A stretch of DNA of 64,000 bases from an uncultured Pseudomonadales bacterium (lineage in GTDB: Bacteria; Patescibacteriota; Microgenomatia; UBA1400; PJMF01), in contig CAZYNM010000002.1 of assembly GCA_964648715.1 (NCBI GenBank), forward strand, positions 25,056-89,055. Direction: 5' to 3'. Both the position numbers and the translations under genes were made by a program. Of the stretch, positions 59,401 to 64,000 are shown one piece after another; the stretch's first letter is position 1, and every line of letters starts with the position of its first letter. A model generated the notes under the pieces. That model was not told where the DNA came from. It made no database searches and saw only the letters and a list, made by a program, of their open reading frames with translations.

Positions 59401-60328
59401 TAGGGTTTTGTGCTGTATCAGTCAAACGGCCTTGAAAAGAAAGCGTTCTATTGGGTCGCGTAAGTGTACTGGGGAATGCGAGTGGCTTATCTGGAGTAAC
59501 AATAAACTGTTGATAGCCAAAATAACTAAATGAAATCAAAAAGAGTAATATCATCGCTACATTTGCATAGCGAGTAATAAAAGAATCACCCTTCTTTTGA
59601 AGAGACTGCTGTAATAATCGTGCGTTTTCTTTGATGATTTGAGTGTATTCTTGTGATTTATTTGCCTTTTGTTTGTGTGTTAGATCTCCCTGAGGAGAAA
59701 GAAGCGCACTTAGTGAGAACCGCTTGCGTAGGCCACTGATAACTCGATCTCCTCTTAAGTCATGAGGTTGCTCATCATGACTGAGATTCTCTAACCAAGA
59801 ATAAGTACCGGCTGTGACAACACCTAGTGTTTCTAGCCATAAGCTAAATTGGGCTAGGCTCACTAATTTGCGTTTAATTGTAGCTCCCGCCAAGTTGCTG
59901 CTTCTTTGAGAGCGGATAAACTCGAGGACTTTTTGTTTAGTTAGGGTTTTTGTTAGTTCTGCTGATTTAGAAAATTCAATAAATTGATTGATATCACTGC
60001 GATAATTTTTTATGGTTGATGTTGAGCAGTTGGCAGACTTAAGTGCTAATAGGTATTCTGAGAGGAAGACATCCATCTGGGAAAGGGAAAATGAACTCAC
60101 AAACTGAGTCACACTGGTACACGCATTTTCAGAGAAGGAATGCTTCTTGGCTAGCTCTTGAATACAAGATGCTGGCTCTACAAAATCTGTTACAGAAACT
60201 AGTGAACGTAGTACAGTAACGAGAAGCGCATGTGCTTCTTCAAAACGAGAATCATCAACACCTATGGTCTTCATGAATGTAGAAAACAGTTTGCGGACGC
60301 TGGTGATATACAGTTCCTGGGCAGTCAT
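44432..60328 (-). CDS. Giant (5298-aa) repeat-rich fibrous cell-surface protein: N-terminal cytoplasmic integrase-SAM-like domain, single TM helix, >4900-aa extracellular tail-fibre-like repeat region, C-terminal coiled-coil-like segment
   Basis: A single uninterrupted 15,897-nt ORF. TM helix ANVAMILLFLISFSYFGYQQFIV (aa ~255-277). At least 25 copies of GN(I/V/L)GIGTTxP...L(D/H/Q)V. Several module families each repeated 3-5 times (e.g. VAGDASASGSLVLRNTTISTIDMLNGGRLDFQTSPGGDNGLAAK...; PRNEFxxVxDxxIGGTxTxSAxFRVTGxGNGTTNLxGYxYAxRYLDxDxxNYYxEPGNTxTAG). Recurrent QVCDxSGNCS Cys pairs. Confidence 0.85.
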   Translation of the reverse strand: MTAQELYITSVRKLFSTFMKTIGVDDSRFEEAHALLVTVLRSLVSVTDFVEPASCIQELAKKHSFSENACTSVTQFVSSFSLSQMDVFLSEYLLALKSANCSTSTIKNYRSDINQFIEFSKSAELTKTLTKQKVLEFIRSQRSSNLAGATIKRKLVSLAQFSLWLETLGVVTAGTYSWLENLSHDEQPHDLRGDRVISGLRKRFSLSALLSPQGDLTHKQKANKSQEYTQIIKENARLLQQSLQKKGDSFITRYANVAMILLFLISFSYFGYQQFIVTPDKPLAFPSTLTRPNRTLSFQGRLTDTAQNPITAATNFRFRLYDSGPGTGSGTQLWDSGTCSITPDQDGIFSSGLGSDCGTEIASSVFSENANVWLQVEVGAETLSPRQSIKSVAYALNSETLQGFPPADPATANTVVVMNNSGEVVLGGATPKLKASSTSLTLEGTTLNLQTTSGSNGNIVLDPDGLGQIIARDYIGAPGATLSATYAGGTALTLKAGPSATADIVKWQSSAGSTLGVISATGNIGIGTTSTRATLDAAGDASVSGSFVLRTGTSSIDVLDGQRLDINTSPGGDAGLASKVSILNNGNLGLGTTNPNTKLVLYGTSGTVQETVTNTTHTLEQGVTSSDGYLGLSSNSPLRFYTNNTNRMQISAAGGLSFGSTYYSTNPGANNAIFEGSLGIGTTGPTQSLHVQNNMRLVGGLYDSTNSVGTNGYVLKSTGSATQWVDGNTLYDIGWWDNTQNALHPRAEYAGVADLLLGSNATSAAKFAFINVNSGTPTASISGTLAIASPTGSNPATTFTAYNGGTFNFRTSVGGDAVTNSRLYINNNGNIGIGTTIPTHTLEVKATGSVTALGIHAPSETPYAAQIYNDTYSTTNPIFSYFPRNSGVFEMGTDQATNLRFYTSGYSNVRMAINAAGGVGIGSGTYLTTTPPTQGLLVEGNVGIGTTVSRAKLDVIGDASASGSLVLRGTNPSTIDILNGNRLDIQTSPGGDAGLVSKLTLLSNGNFGIGTINPTETLQVAGDILQNNARTRTMTRTMPTVVNDVVDIGSFSFTNGGASLWVSITVPSGSFSVAKEYNIPIAYNETTNTWVIAQPISDTGVYSSNDFDLDVNVNNGTTSLRIRRTAGSTAGTAYVVIRQEGIHTDSFTASTSTSSVAAPTAYYSATAIRQVGGSVGIGTTAPAYALHVDLGATSQYPLNLVSSGKFVRIGAQNATYAHVDTDATSGFYFYDSVTTGAGNNVLNTSSGTSTLVSAGGNLGIGTTAATGFKVQVQGGVGPQASATYDLGSNALRWNNIYGTTIYQGNNQVCDTSGNCSAIGNFWQYVNGAISPSSPYTNNSDVLIGGNATTSAKFAFMNVMSGTPTASISGNLAIASPTGSNPTTTYTAFNGGSINFRTSVGGDAVTNSRLYISNNGNIGINSTSPGARLNVYDSLATGTNLVLSNIQSAPVNGGGSTISRVTAGTNTSDFEQNNSSTSPFRYGTYIDTNIVNNYTAAGGLFGSINFVTNNAVGMTLTGGNAAGNLGIGVTAANVRAKLDVAGDASASGSLVLRSTTFSTIDMLNGGRLDFQTSPGGDNGLAAKVSLLSNGNLGVGTTAPLAKLQVFDVSSGNFRFANGAFAEYYQAEANPRFQIGRDGAGSGQAAISFGPGGASTLAADGAAVGYAAADTLGLYTSNNTALTERMRIDGAGNISIGTTTTSNGRLQVAGDTYVATTGFTFTNPTAGADLYVQSNIEADGSIYGASVYQYQSGTAYQVCDSSGNCSNAGLWQNNQNALHPRNEFGQVADLLIGGTATLSAEFRVTGQGNGTTNLPGYVYAKRYLDIDDTNYYVEPGNTGTAGVFAGSVGIGATPSQQLTITGSFLANNAASRIAAGSAGYLSRVGIYSSPTFTDSSTTVYGVNSQATVNNTNSSYHAYYESLAVGSGATITDVYGIRITDPTGAGAITNNYGIYIDSLAKGSSLDYAIYSAGTNTPSYFAGNIGFGTSTINNKIELADHTAVTGGIGFGSDVDLYRSGTDTLSIATGDNFAIGGTTVLTSGRILQTANGNAGSPAQTFSSDATTGSFLPSSGNFAISTGGTEQVRVSNLGNVGIGTTNPSTFKLQVNGSIGPQTNNSYDLGSNALRWATVYATSFKQAGNDVCDSSGNCTTSGLWARTDNVYHPRNEWGEVVDVTVGGTSTASAGFRVTGKGNGTTNLSGYTYARRYLDVEDANYYVEPGNTTTAGVLAGNVGIGTTTTSNARTTIESTGTQLRLNYSGAVYANVSTDTNGYLTLNSTGNRVSLDGSGTYYLSENAAASNLHSLILNRSAGTGYTTPDIYGASGGIVIGGLSGATGTVAINTSGTATPTLISSGGSIGVGTNSPGQTLDVQSTGTASIRSFGPTNPYLRAQDSTNNVITKLQALDTFGYAGTESNHSFGIISNNTQRIYVDAAGNVGINDGSASSFKLQVGGDVGPSATTTYNLGSNSLRWNNIYGTALYQGNYQVCDLSGNCSNAGLWQNNQNAFHPRNEFASVADVLIGGTSTASAKFAFTNIAAGSPTASISGNLALTVPTGSTPGSTLDILDDGTLNIRQSPGGNAGLTSRIFIASNGNIGIGNITTPAQSLDISGNLRVRGNLITDSGDATRLTLGSTTTLSNSTTTLSGTSTITASSLATFTTNATLGMTSTTALNLGNSAVITLGASATGGTLNGSSGSDGDLVIQGTSHTTRTSSYVNIQPSGGNVGIGTTTPSSVLEIAGTTLPAFEVAGTQLMRYKYGPQTYNVANAPMVLKYADSTGGGYGTASFMIYFKARDDSNIQLDEVWYFGTQAQYNSNGYAYTMQRISGTKKVRAYEVTNSGANLEIQWTLTDDDRAAAAGNFDDSVEVTVMEVLSGHGEGHRGTFSVVDWATKSMSGSEINNGGNAHATFGGTGTNWFMGSVGIGTTAPTQGLHVAGNARITGALYDASNSPGSNGYIFTSTGTGTSWINPETLLDSGWWDNTENVLHPRNEYGAVSDLAIGGTSTVAATFRVTGSGNGGSNLSGYVYAKRYIDIDSQNYYIEPGLTSTSGLFAGSVGIGTTTASQKLTVAGSSNTENYVGIGDTSERLKIGYGHATGVVDNVLPAQIIVDSTGHLILSSRTNSASGIQFYTNAGTDGVERMRIDTAGNVGIGTTIANAKLDVAGDASASGSLVLRNTTISTIDMLNGGRLDFQTSPGGDNGLAAKLTLLNNGNIGIGSIAPIAKLDVNGNTNITGNLDVSSGVDVSGADITGGTGVQIDFADEVTDKIYWYSTNYGTGIESSTLTNWSASTFRWRVGGTSASSGTAELELNGTALQPATNNGLNLGTASLKYGTGYFNTSVDSPLYTYAGNLDISATGANAVRFNTNGSLKWSVLSGGQLESNGASTIRTSTGNLTLATNAGNGHIILSPNGTGNVGVGSTTPTAKLDVAGDASASGSLVLRNTTVSTIDMLNGGRLDFQTSPGGDNGLAAKLTLLNNGNTGIGTTGPTNTLDVNGTLRVRTYGAGTTTAVCKDGSGVLTDCSGSFVTGSGVTNRVARWTGTGSIGTGVLWDDGTNVGVGDTTPSGLLTVGSSDNFVVDSNGRLRLNSATESFGSYVLSFDTGATSFNSAGSIYGIKGTVSNSNTGNVTAGYFYAQSTGSGTIPTAIGVDTGIKLNNAGGTISTAVGLNANSPAVTAGAITNAVGAYIWPQDVSGVGTGYGILQAGSADINTFAGNVGIGTTGASYKLDTQVAAGSANIFRAGQTGVSNGLTITTNGTSLDYNVLSGNTTFDASAVANVGSIYLRNSTNYSASRNNYLINLLGSMAGRLINRNAEMLDGTTGYTVYDNSAGGKTTLSAVASTTAPNTSGQALRISYNGTGTPNSNPNPGYGGFYASIPVCGGTNNGVNTYCYREGNRYVVRIWANIPSGRSLYYANNAYGTGGNYQWLTSQAGTGNWQEYIIVQTIGTGGTLSTIGFWYVDSGSNAAFTWDVASVHVTGVDESPSVETASNLNVGYYQGKNLAYGELTTSQGAFLALSGGNVGIGTTTANNGLHIRKDETAGSPWTGQLYIEPVSNDAHAAISLKTTMTGTDRVWSIIAGNGTPSTNLRIYDSTAGADRINIDSNGYVGINTTNPLTTFNVVGAAKSASDTNSVTTSNASIYGTGNRTAGNGAALAFASAANTDGTNIWDQARILGAADNSSNGDASGRMYLQTRYYTGAAWDWRNNLVLLSSGNVGVGTTSTSGRLQVDSGSSSEVALVLKQSVSANYPDIFCQNNVGSSTLCEFTSGMFNNGGTLYNAGSLIQRGTISNDTAAHLTIAGGTSGRTYFSGNVGIGTTVPNTNLNVYGANTTFQIASTTTAQRGMYYSESNNNLYIGGSSTQDGNINVLNLSAVTAVTLNSAGDSYFNGGNLGIGTTSTVGKLDIRGATRSGTHTNTQTMYVTGTMQSGQTGGGTGNIEFRHDNATQGIGFGYNTIYQAGTNTNQDLNFLSKGTSPITLNAYAYSSGNVGVGTTGPTAKLHVYGSSTTFQVSNTTTTQVGMWYGEGGNDLYIGGGSTQDGDINIKDLSGNIDVKLSANSATVSYFNSGANVGIGATSASQKLDVAGQIQFDIDTANDTTIGVCKNTADGTSTATEFRECNGTPSDIAEFYRAEAGLRPGDVVSLTEISGVPTLVSSSSIQGASVFGVVSTFPVGQFGKPLGHELYSSTENPVAIGLAGRVPVRVNLSNGPISAGDALTESSTPGVAAKAIRPGKIIGYAIESFNENSPIVSTGTREQEALRANNIAKFNAEPIDPTDQGEGKILLYVHAGYYYPNMIFGSEGELVFNGTGQSNYTITAQQNGTVLSNIIAAAQVMSAKMKTSFLQTRELFVSERASVANLDATTLTTQVATVSGSLHAEIATVDQLSTQDLSVAGTLTATGQSQLGVLLAESASISGSLTAQTASISGELIAQNLTISGSTRLAQIEAQQAQLMAVQATTAELFDATVSGTLYAQNIADLDAKIASAIQQPNFIDLLTGNEPTPPPAANPISVYEPVSSAGYTPVNPTFFAEHEGVSLVTGDVLIDSAAVFVRKYLEVNGVAYVTKALGIGETLQIGAGTIITDGVIAYTGTSPATTVLQIQPSGTGKVEILAGLITLQNGTATIAGDLTIAGKTKTNTLLTNLIQPADFGNPFQVQVAGISTQSGELKKSRFEIINELGTPVATISAEGKANFAGGIGVGSEEIAVPSVASGSSVTVSAQKTSGKAKVPAGTSEITIESESITDTSLIYVTPVGSTQNQVLYVKSQTTENISTSEKEGKFVVGFDAAVSGDVSFNWWIVN
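49900..50066. repeat. Intragenic direct repeat copy A (~165 bp) within the giant gene
   Basis: tcccgttgttgagtagggtaagtttggcggcaagaccattatcaccacccggtgaggtttggaagtcaagtcttccaccattgagcatatcaattgtactga... About 96% identical to copy B at 50700..50866. Confidence 0.8.
50700..50866. repeat. Intragenic direct repeat copy B (~165 bp)
   Basis: Near-identical to copy A (differences such as gagtaggg/gaggaggg, gacggtgg/gatggtgg, accagtg/actagtg); 800 bp downstream of copy A. Confidence 0.8.
55585..55730. repeat. Intragenic direct repeat copy C (~145 bp, ~90% identity to A/B)
   Basis: cctttgcggcaagaccattgtcaccacccggtgaggtctggaagtcaagtcttccaccattgagcatatcaattgtactgaatgtagtactgcgtagtaccaatgagccagaagcagatgcatcacctgccacatcaag. 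More diverged copies occur near 57340 and 58600. Confidence 0.7.
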
Positions 60329-60863
60329 GATGAATATTTTTCTTGCAGCTCTTGTCTTGTGTCTAATCCAGATTGATTAGACTATTTTTTCTCAACAAGT
60401 TACAGTGTACGGATTTCCTCAAGTACAAGTCAAGAAGTCATACATAGTCAAAAAACGCCAGTTTTTCACATTGCAAGTTTCTCTGGTATCAATGCAGAAA
60501 AAAGAACACTTTTCACCTTTTTCATGAATATCAATCAATATCAAACAAAGCTAACTATGAAAAAAATTGAAGCAAAGAGTTGCATAAATGATGTATTGTT
60601 GACTAATAATCTAGGCTGTTGAAATGTGTTTTTTTTTGAAGTATAGTAATCAAAAATTAATAATACATATAAAAAACATCTGCGCATGCCTTTAAAAGTT
60701 GTTTTTTATCCACAGCTTAATCACCATTTATTAAAAAGTAGATGGATTCGTGTTGAATGCACAAGTTTGCCGCAACTCATGTGTCATTTTGAGTAGTTGA
60801 TATTTATGAATAAAAAGAAGTAAATATACTAAATTCGAGTTATTTTCGCATATATACTAGAGT

Positions 60864-61622
60864 ATGGCCCTAAAACAAAACACATTAAAAGTGCTTCTCG
60901 TACTTGCTGCAACAAGTTCTACAGAGGCTCAAGGCTTACCAAGCCCCATAATTAAAGCGCTTCTCCCAGATATAACCATAACGGGAACTAGATCTCTCTT
61001 GGTTCTCTTAGTGCGTAAGAAACTTATTTACAAACGTAGGGTGTTTGGAACTACTACGTTTCACATTTCTGAGCAAGGACAGCGCAGCTTAAATACAGCA
61101 TTTCCGGCTTTACATGCAACCTGGCACGATTGGGACGGTAGCTGGGTTGTAGTGGTCTTTTTAGACGCGCCTAAAGGTGACTCACAGTTTCGTTACCTAC
61201 GTAAACTCATTCTTAGTCATGCGGGTATGCAAGTAACTAGAGGTATGTATGCAAAAGCGGGAGGGTTTGCTCCTGAAGTATTGGCTCAGCTACAGAACAC
61301 ATACCTGGGGCATGTTATTATTTTTTCGGTCTTTAAGTGGATTCAAGGCTTTGATAAGCCTGTAGTATTTGAATACTACAACCTACCAGATAAGGCAACG
61401 GCCTTGTCTGGAATTAGCAATGAAGTTAATGAACTGCTAAATATTATCAATAGAGAAAAAAGATTGACTGAGAAACAAAAAATTAATATAGTTACTCTTG
61501 TTGATCGGTTTATCGATTTCTTGAGGGAAGATCCCGGATTTATTCATTATTATTTTCCAGGCACACCAGATGAAGGTGAGTTACTAGCAAATATCGGCAC
61601 ACTGTTATCCTTATGGGACTAA
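60864..61622 (+). CDS. PaaX-like winged-helix transcriptional regulator (tentative)
   Basis: WDGSWVVVVF (PaaX WDGxW), YLRKLILSHAGMQVTRGMYAKAG (PaaX LRxxLxxxGFGxLxxGVWISP-like) and C-terminal LREDPGFIHYYFPGTPDEGELL (PaaX DPxLPxxLLPxxWPG-like). Stand-alone gene between AT-rich spacers. Confidence 0.4.
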   Translation: MALKQNTLKVLLVLAATSSTEAQGLPSPIIKALLPDITITGTRSLLVLLVRKKLIYKRRVFGTTTFHISEQGQRSLNTAFPALHATWHDWDGSWVVVVFLDAPKGDSQFRYLRKLILSHAGMQVTRGMYAKAGGFAPEVLAQLQNTYLGHVIIFSVFKWIQGFDKPVVFEYYNLPDKATALSGISNEVNELLNIINREKRLTEKQKINIVTLVDRFIDFLREDPGFIHYYFPGTPDEGELLANIGTLLSLWD

Positions 61623-62044
61623 AATGCGCAACCGAAGAAAAATGTATGTCGGTGTGTGAAAAAAATATTTGTCCTGACTAAAGTATTGTTATTAATATTT
61701 CCATAAGTGATGGGTGAAAATGGTCAAATCTGTTTCGGGTATGTTTTTTCATAGCTTTACACTTTTATACTTATATATAGTTAAGTACAGTAATAATAAA
61801 AAAAATCAAAAGCGAAAATAAAATTCCAGATCTAATTTCATTTGCGTAAAATATGCAATATATTTATTTCTTGCGATTAATCTGGGAAAAAAATTCGGAA
61901 AATAAAATAGAAAAGGCGAATGTTCTCTTTATCTGGAAAAAAGTGAATAACTTTTGCCTTTTGTATGCCGAAGATAATGCGTATGTGATAATGGAGAGCT
62001 AAAACTAATCTTTTGTGTTTCCCGTAAGCATGGGGGAGAGCTCA

Positions 62045-63955
62045 TTATCGGATGAAATTGATAACACGTGGGGACGGTATAACGATCTGCTCCATGGTGT
62101 TGACCTGTTCTAGTTCAGAGAGAATAGTGTGCTCAAAGTCTATGTACTGAATAGTTGATGTGGTATGAGTTTTGATTAACACAGTGCCGTGCTCGTCTGT
62201 TTGGCATATTTCGTCCGTATGCGTTTTATCGTCTCGTATAGACATAACAACAGAGTGTACTGTTGGTGTACCTAGACGACTTTGATATAGCTTTTTAATA
62301 AAGTATCCACGAGAACGAGCTTTCTTCCTCAGATACAGTGCACTATAAAGCATAAGAGTGATGGCGTTGATAAGTGATGGGTTTAAAAACACCAAAACAA
62401 AGCATCCAGTAGTCACTGGAGCGTTGAGGAGTGGTGCCTCTAATATCCACTTTCTGAATGGTGATTTCTGTTGATATTTTTCAGTTTTATCAACGGGAAT
62501 ACACAGTGGTGGTTCTGGCCTCTCTTGTGTGATGCTAATTGGTGAACCTCGATAGAAGGTAGTCTCCGAGAGATGCTCTGGCTGTGAGCGCAGTGTCGGG
62601 AAAATACAGCCATCTTCTGTCACGGTATAGGAGAATGTTCCTTTTGGAAGGTCCAGGCGAAAGAAAATACCTTCTTTATTGGTAACTGTCTCTGTATGGT
62701 AGGGTTGTTTATTGTCTTCAGTGCCAGCAAGATGAACGGGTGCAAACGGGAGGGCAATCTGAGTTCTACTGTCAACCACAATACCCTGTGGATGAGCATC
62801 ATTCAGAATACCTATGGCTCTCCATATATTTCTCAAGGTAGAAAAAGAAAGGCTAAAACCAAAAGGTTGAGCTAGTAGTACCGTTTTAATGAGAGGGTGC
62901 AAGAGAAGTATTACTAAGCCAGCATAGTTAAGTATGGTGAGCCAGCTCTGGTTCGTTGAACGCGGGGACGGACGAACTGGTCCAGTCGCGCTTATGAGTT
63001 GCTGTACAGTTGGTGGTGCATAGGTGAGTAGAGAAGATACAATCTTTTCTTTCATTTCAACTGCACTGATAATGGGAACTGAAATAACTATTGGAGTAGT
63101 GGGTACGGGTATAACAATTTCTTTTGAATAGACAATAATAGGTACGTCCTCAAGTGCGCTTATATTTCCTGCTGTATCTGTGATGAGAAAATCAAGATAG
63201 ATGATGACATCTCTCGGTATACGATCAAGCTGTTGAGACCAAGTGCCGTCAGAAGCAATGGTGAATGTTGAGGTAAGCTGCGGGGAAGAACCATCCCGAA
63301 CGGTAAGACGTACCGTACTTCCTGCCTCACCGGTTCCTTTAAGTAGTGGCTCAATGCTAGTACTCACCACAGGTTTCTCTGGAACGGTACTAAGGTCTTG
63401 TGCAGAAATACTTACTTTGGTTATGTCTATGATCGTAATAACAAAGATGGGAGCTCGAGAATCTATGGTAAAGGTCCATGTTACCGAGCTGGTTTGATTA
63501 CTATAAAAATCATAGGCAACGATCTTCCAACTATGTGACCCTTCAGTAAGTCCTGATTTTGGTACAAGTGTGTACTCTTTGGTAGTTCCTGAGTAGCTGA
63601 GACTAAAAGCACTAGTATCTGTGTTGGTAAGGGGAATGGGGGCAAACGTTGTGATTCCATCTAGAATCAACTCGTATTTCTGCACCGCAAAGTTATCTAC
63701 CGACTCTTTCCAGACAAATGTAGGAGTATTGGTAACAACAATGCTGGTGTTAGCAGGAGCAATTAAGATAGGGGTGCTTGGTGCTTCTGTGTCACGTATA
63801 CCTGCTGTTACCTTCGTGGCGCGAGTCTTGGGTTGACTCAAGGTCTCACCAGGCTCAATCTCAAGTCCCTGCGCATGGACAGAGGTAACAGCAAAAAAGC
63901 AGAGCATTATGCAGAAGCAACTATAGAATGCAGTTAGAATTGACTTCCTGAGCAT
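62045..63955 (-). CDS. Hypothetical secreted/membrane surface protein (signal peptide, beta-rich extracellular region, internal and C-terminal hydrophobic segments)
   Basis: MLRKSILTAFYSCFCIMLCFFAVTSVHAQG signal peptide; 636 aa; hydrophobic segments around aa 335-365 and 520-545. No family recognised. Confidence 0.45.
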   Translation of the reverse strand: MLRKSILTAFYSCFCIMLCFFAVTSVHAQGLEIEPGETLSQPKTRATKVTAGIRDTEAPSTPILIAPANTSIVVTNTPTFVWKESVDNFAVQKYELILDGITTFAPIPLTNTDTSAFSLSYSGTTKEYTLVPKSGLTEGSHSWKIVAYDFYSNQTSSVTWTFTIDSRAPIFVITIIDITKVSISAQDLSTVPEKPVVSTSIEPLLKGTGEAGSTVRLTVRDGSSPQLTSTFTIASDGTWSQQLDRIPRDVIIYLDFLITDTAGNISALEDVPIIVYSKEIVIPVPTTPIVISVPIISAVEMKEKIVSSLLTYAPPTVQQLISATGPVRPSPRSTNQSWLTILNYAGLVILLLHPLIKTVLLAQPFGFSLSFSTLRNIWRAIGILNDAHPQGIVVDSRTQIALPFAPVHLAGTEDNKQPYHTETVTNKEGIFFRLDLPKGTFSYTVTEDGCIFPTLRSQPEHLSETTFYRGSPISITQERPEPPLCIPVDKTEKYQQKSPFRKWILEAPLLNAPVTTGCFVLVFLNPSLINAITLMLYSALYLRKKARSRGYFIKKLYQSRLGTPTVHSVVMSIRDDKTHTDEICQTDEHGTVLIKTHTTSTIQYIDFEHTILSELEQVNTMEQIVIPSPRVINFIR

Positions 63956-64000
63956 TACTCTTCATATTGCTTGAGGTCTTGTCCTTGAGCTCGCTTTAAC

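Noticed and set aside
44432-60328. Dozens of 60-150-aa ORFs on both strands inside the giant gene (e.g. 49614..50333 +, 52552..53019 -, 55318..55749 -)
   Set aside because: They lie entirely within, and out of frame with or antisense to, a single strongly coding 15.9-kb ORF with coherent repeat structure. Their composition mirrors the repeats of the main frame, so they are treated as artefacts of low-stop-codon repetitive sequence.
60706-60714. Perfect E. coli-type DnaA box TTATCCACA upstream of the giant gene
   Set aside because: Single isolated occurrence. A given 9-mer is expected about 0.5 times by chance in 64 kb on two strands. The real oriC cluster at 7202..7487 uses TTATGCACA-type boxes.

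Overview
This 64-kb window looks like the chromosomal origin region of a small-genome monoderm bacterium. Standard genetic code, moderate GC, tandem type IV pilins, a sortase, SipW-type signal peptidases and a giant surface protein together suggest a Patescibacteria/CPR-like organism; that attribution is inference. On the plus strand the window runs: a cell-wall hydrolase (M23) and a type-IV-secretion-like module (PrgI/VirB3-like, VirB4 ATPase), then dnaA, an oriC-like DnaA-box cluster, dnaN, rpmH, rnpA, yidD, yidC, jag and rnhA. These are followed by a large DUF4012-like envelope protein and rplY. A minus-strand block then encodes valS and two tandem SipW signal peptidase / TasA-like (SipW-cognate signal peptide) modules, a surface protein and a VanW-family protein. 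Further genes include a substrate-binding protein with a long Pro/Ala/Thr-rich N-terminus, an envelope-glycan module (nucleotidyltransferase, polytopic GT-C-like membrane protein, cytidylyltransferase), radA, an orphan FtsK/VirD4-like ATPase, a sortase, rho, a LysM-M23 peptidase and obg. The most unusual locus is at 38.9-60.3 kb. It holds a TPR-tailed polytopic membrane protein, four tandem type IV pilin genes, and a convergently oriented secreted Thr/Pro-rich protein. Downstream of these sits a single 15.9-kb ORF (5298 aa) encoding a giant repeat-rich fibrous surface protein. That protein has an N-terminal cytoplasmic region resembling a tyrosine-recombinase SAM-like core-binding domain, a single TM helix, and dozens of 'GN[IV]GIGTT' tail-fibre-like repeats. 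Its gene contains ~165-bp near-identical internal DNA repeats. The window ends with AT-rich spacers flanking a PaaX-like regulator and another surface protein. No CRISPR array, rRNA or tRNA gene was recognised.
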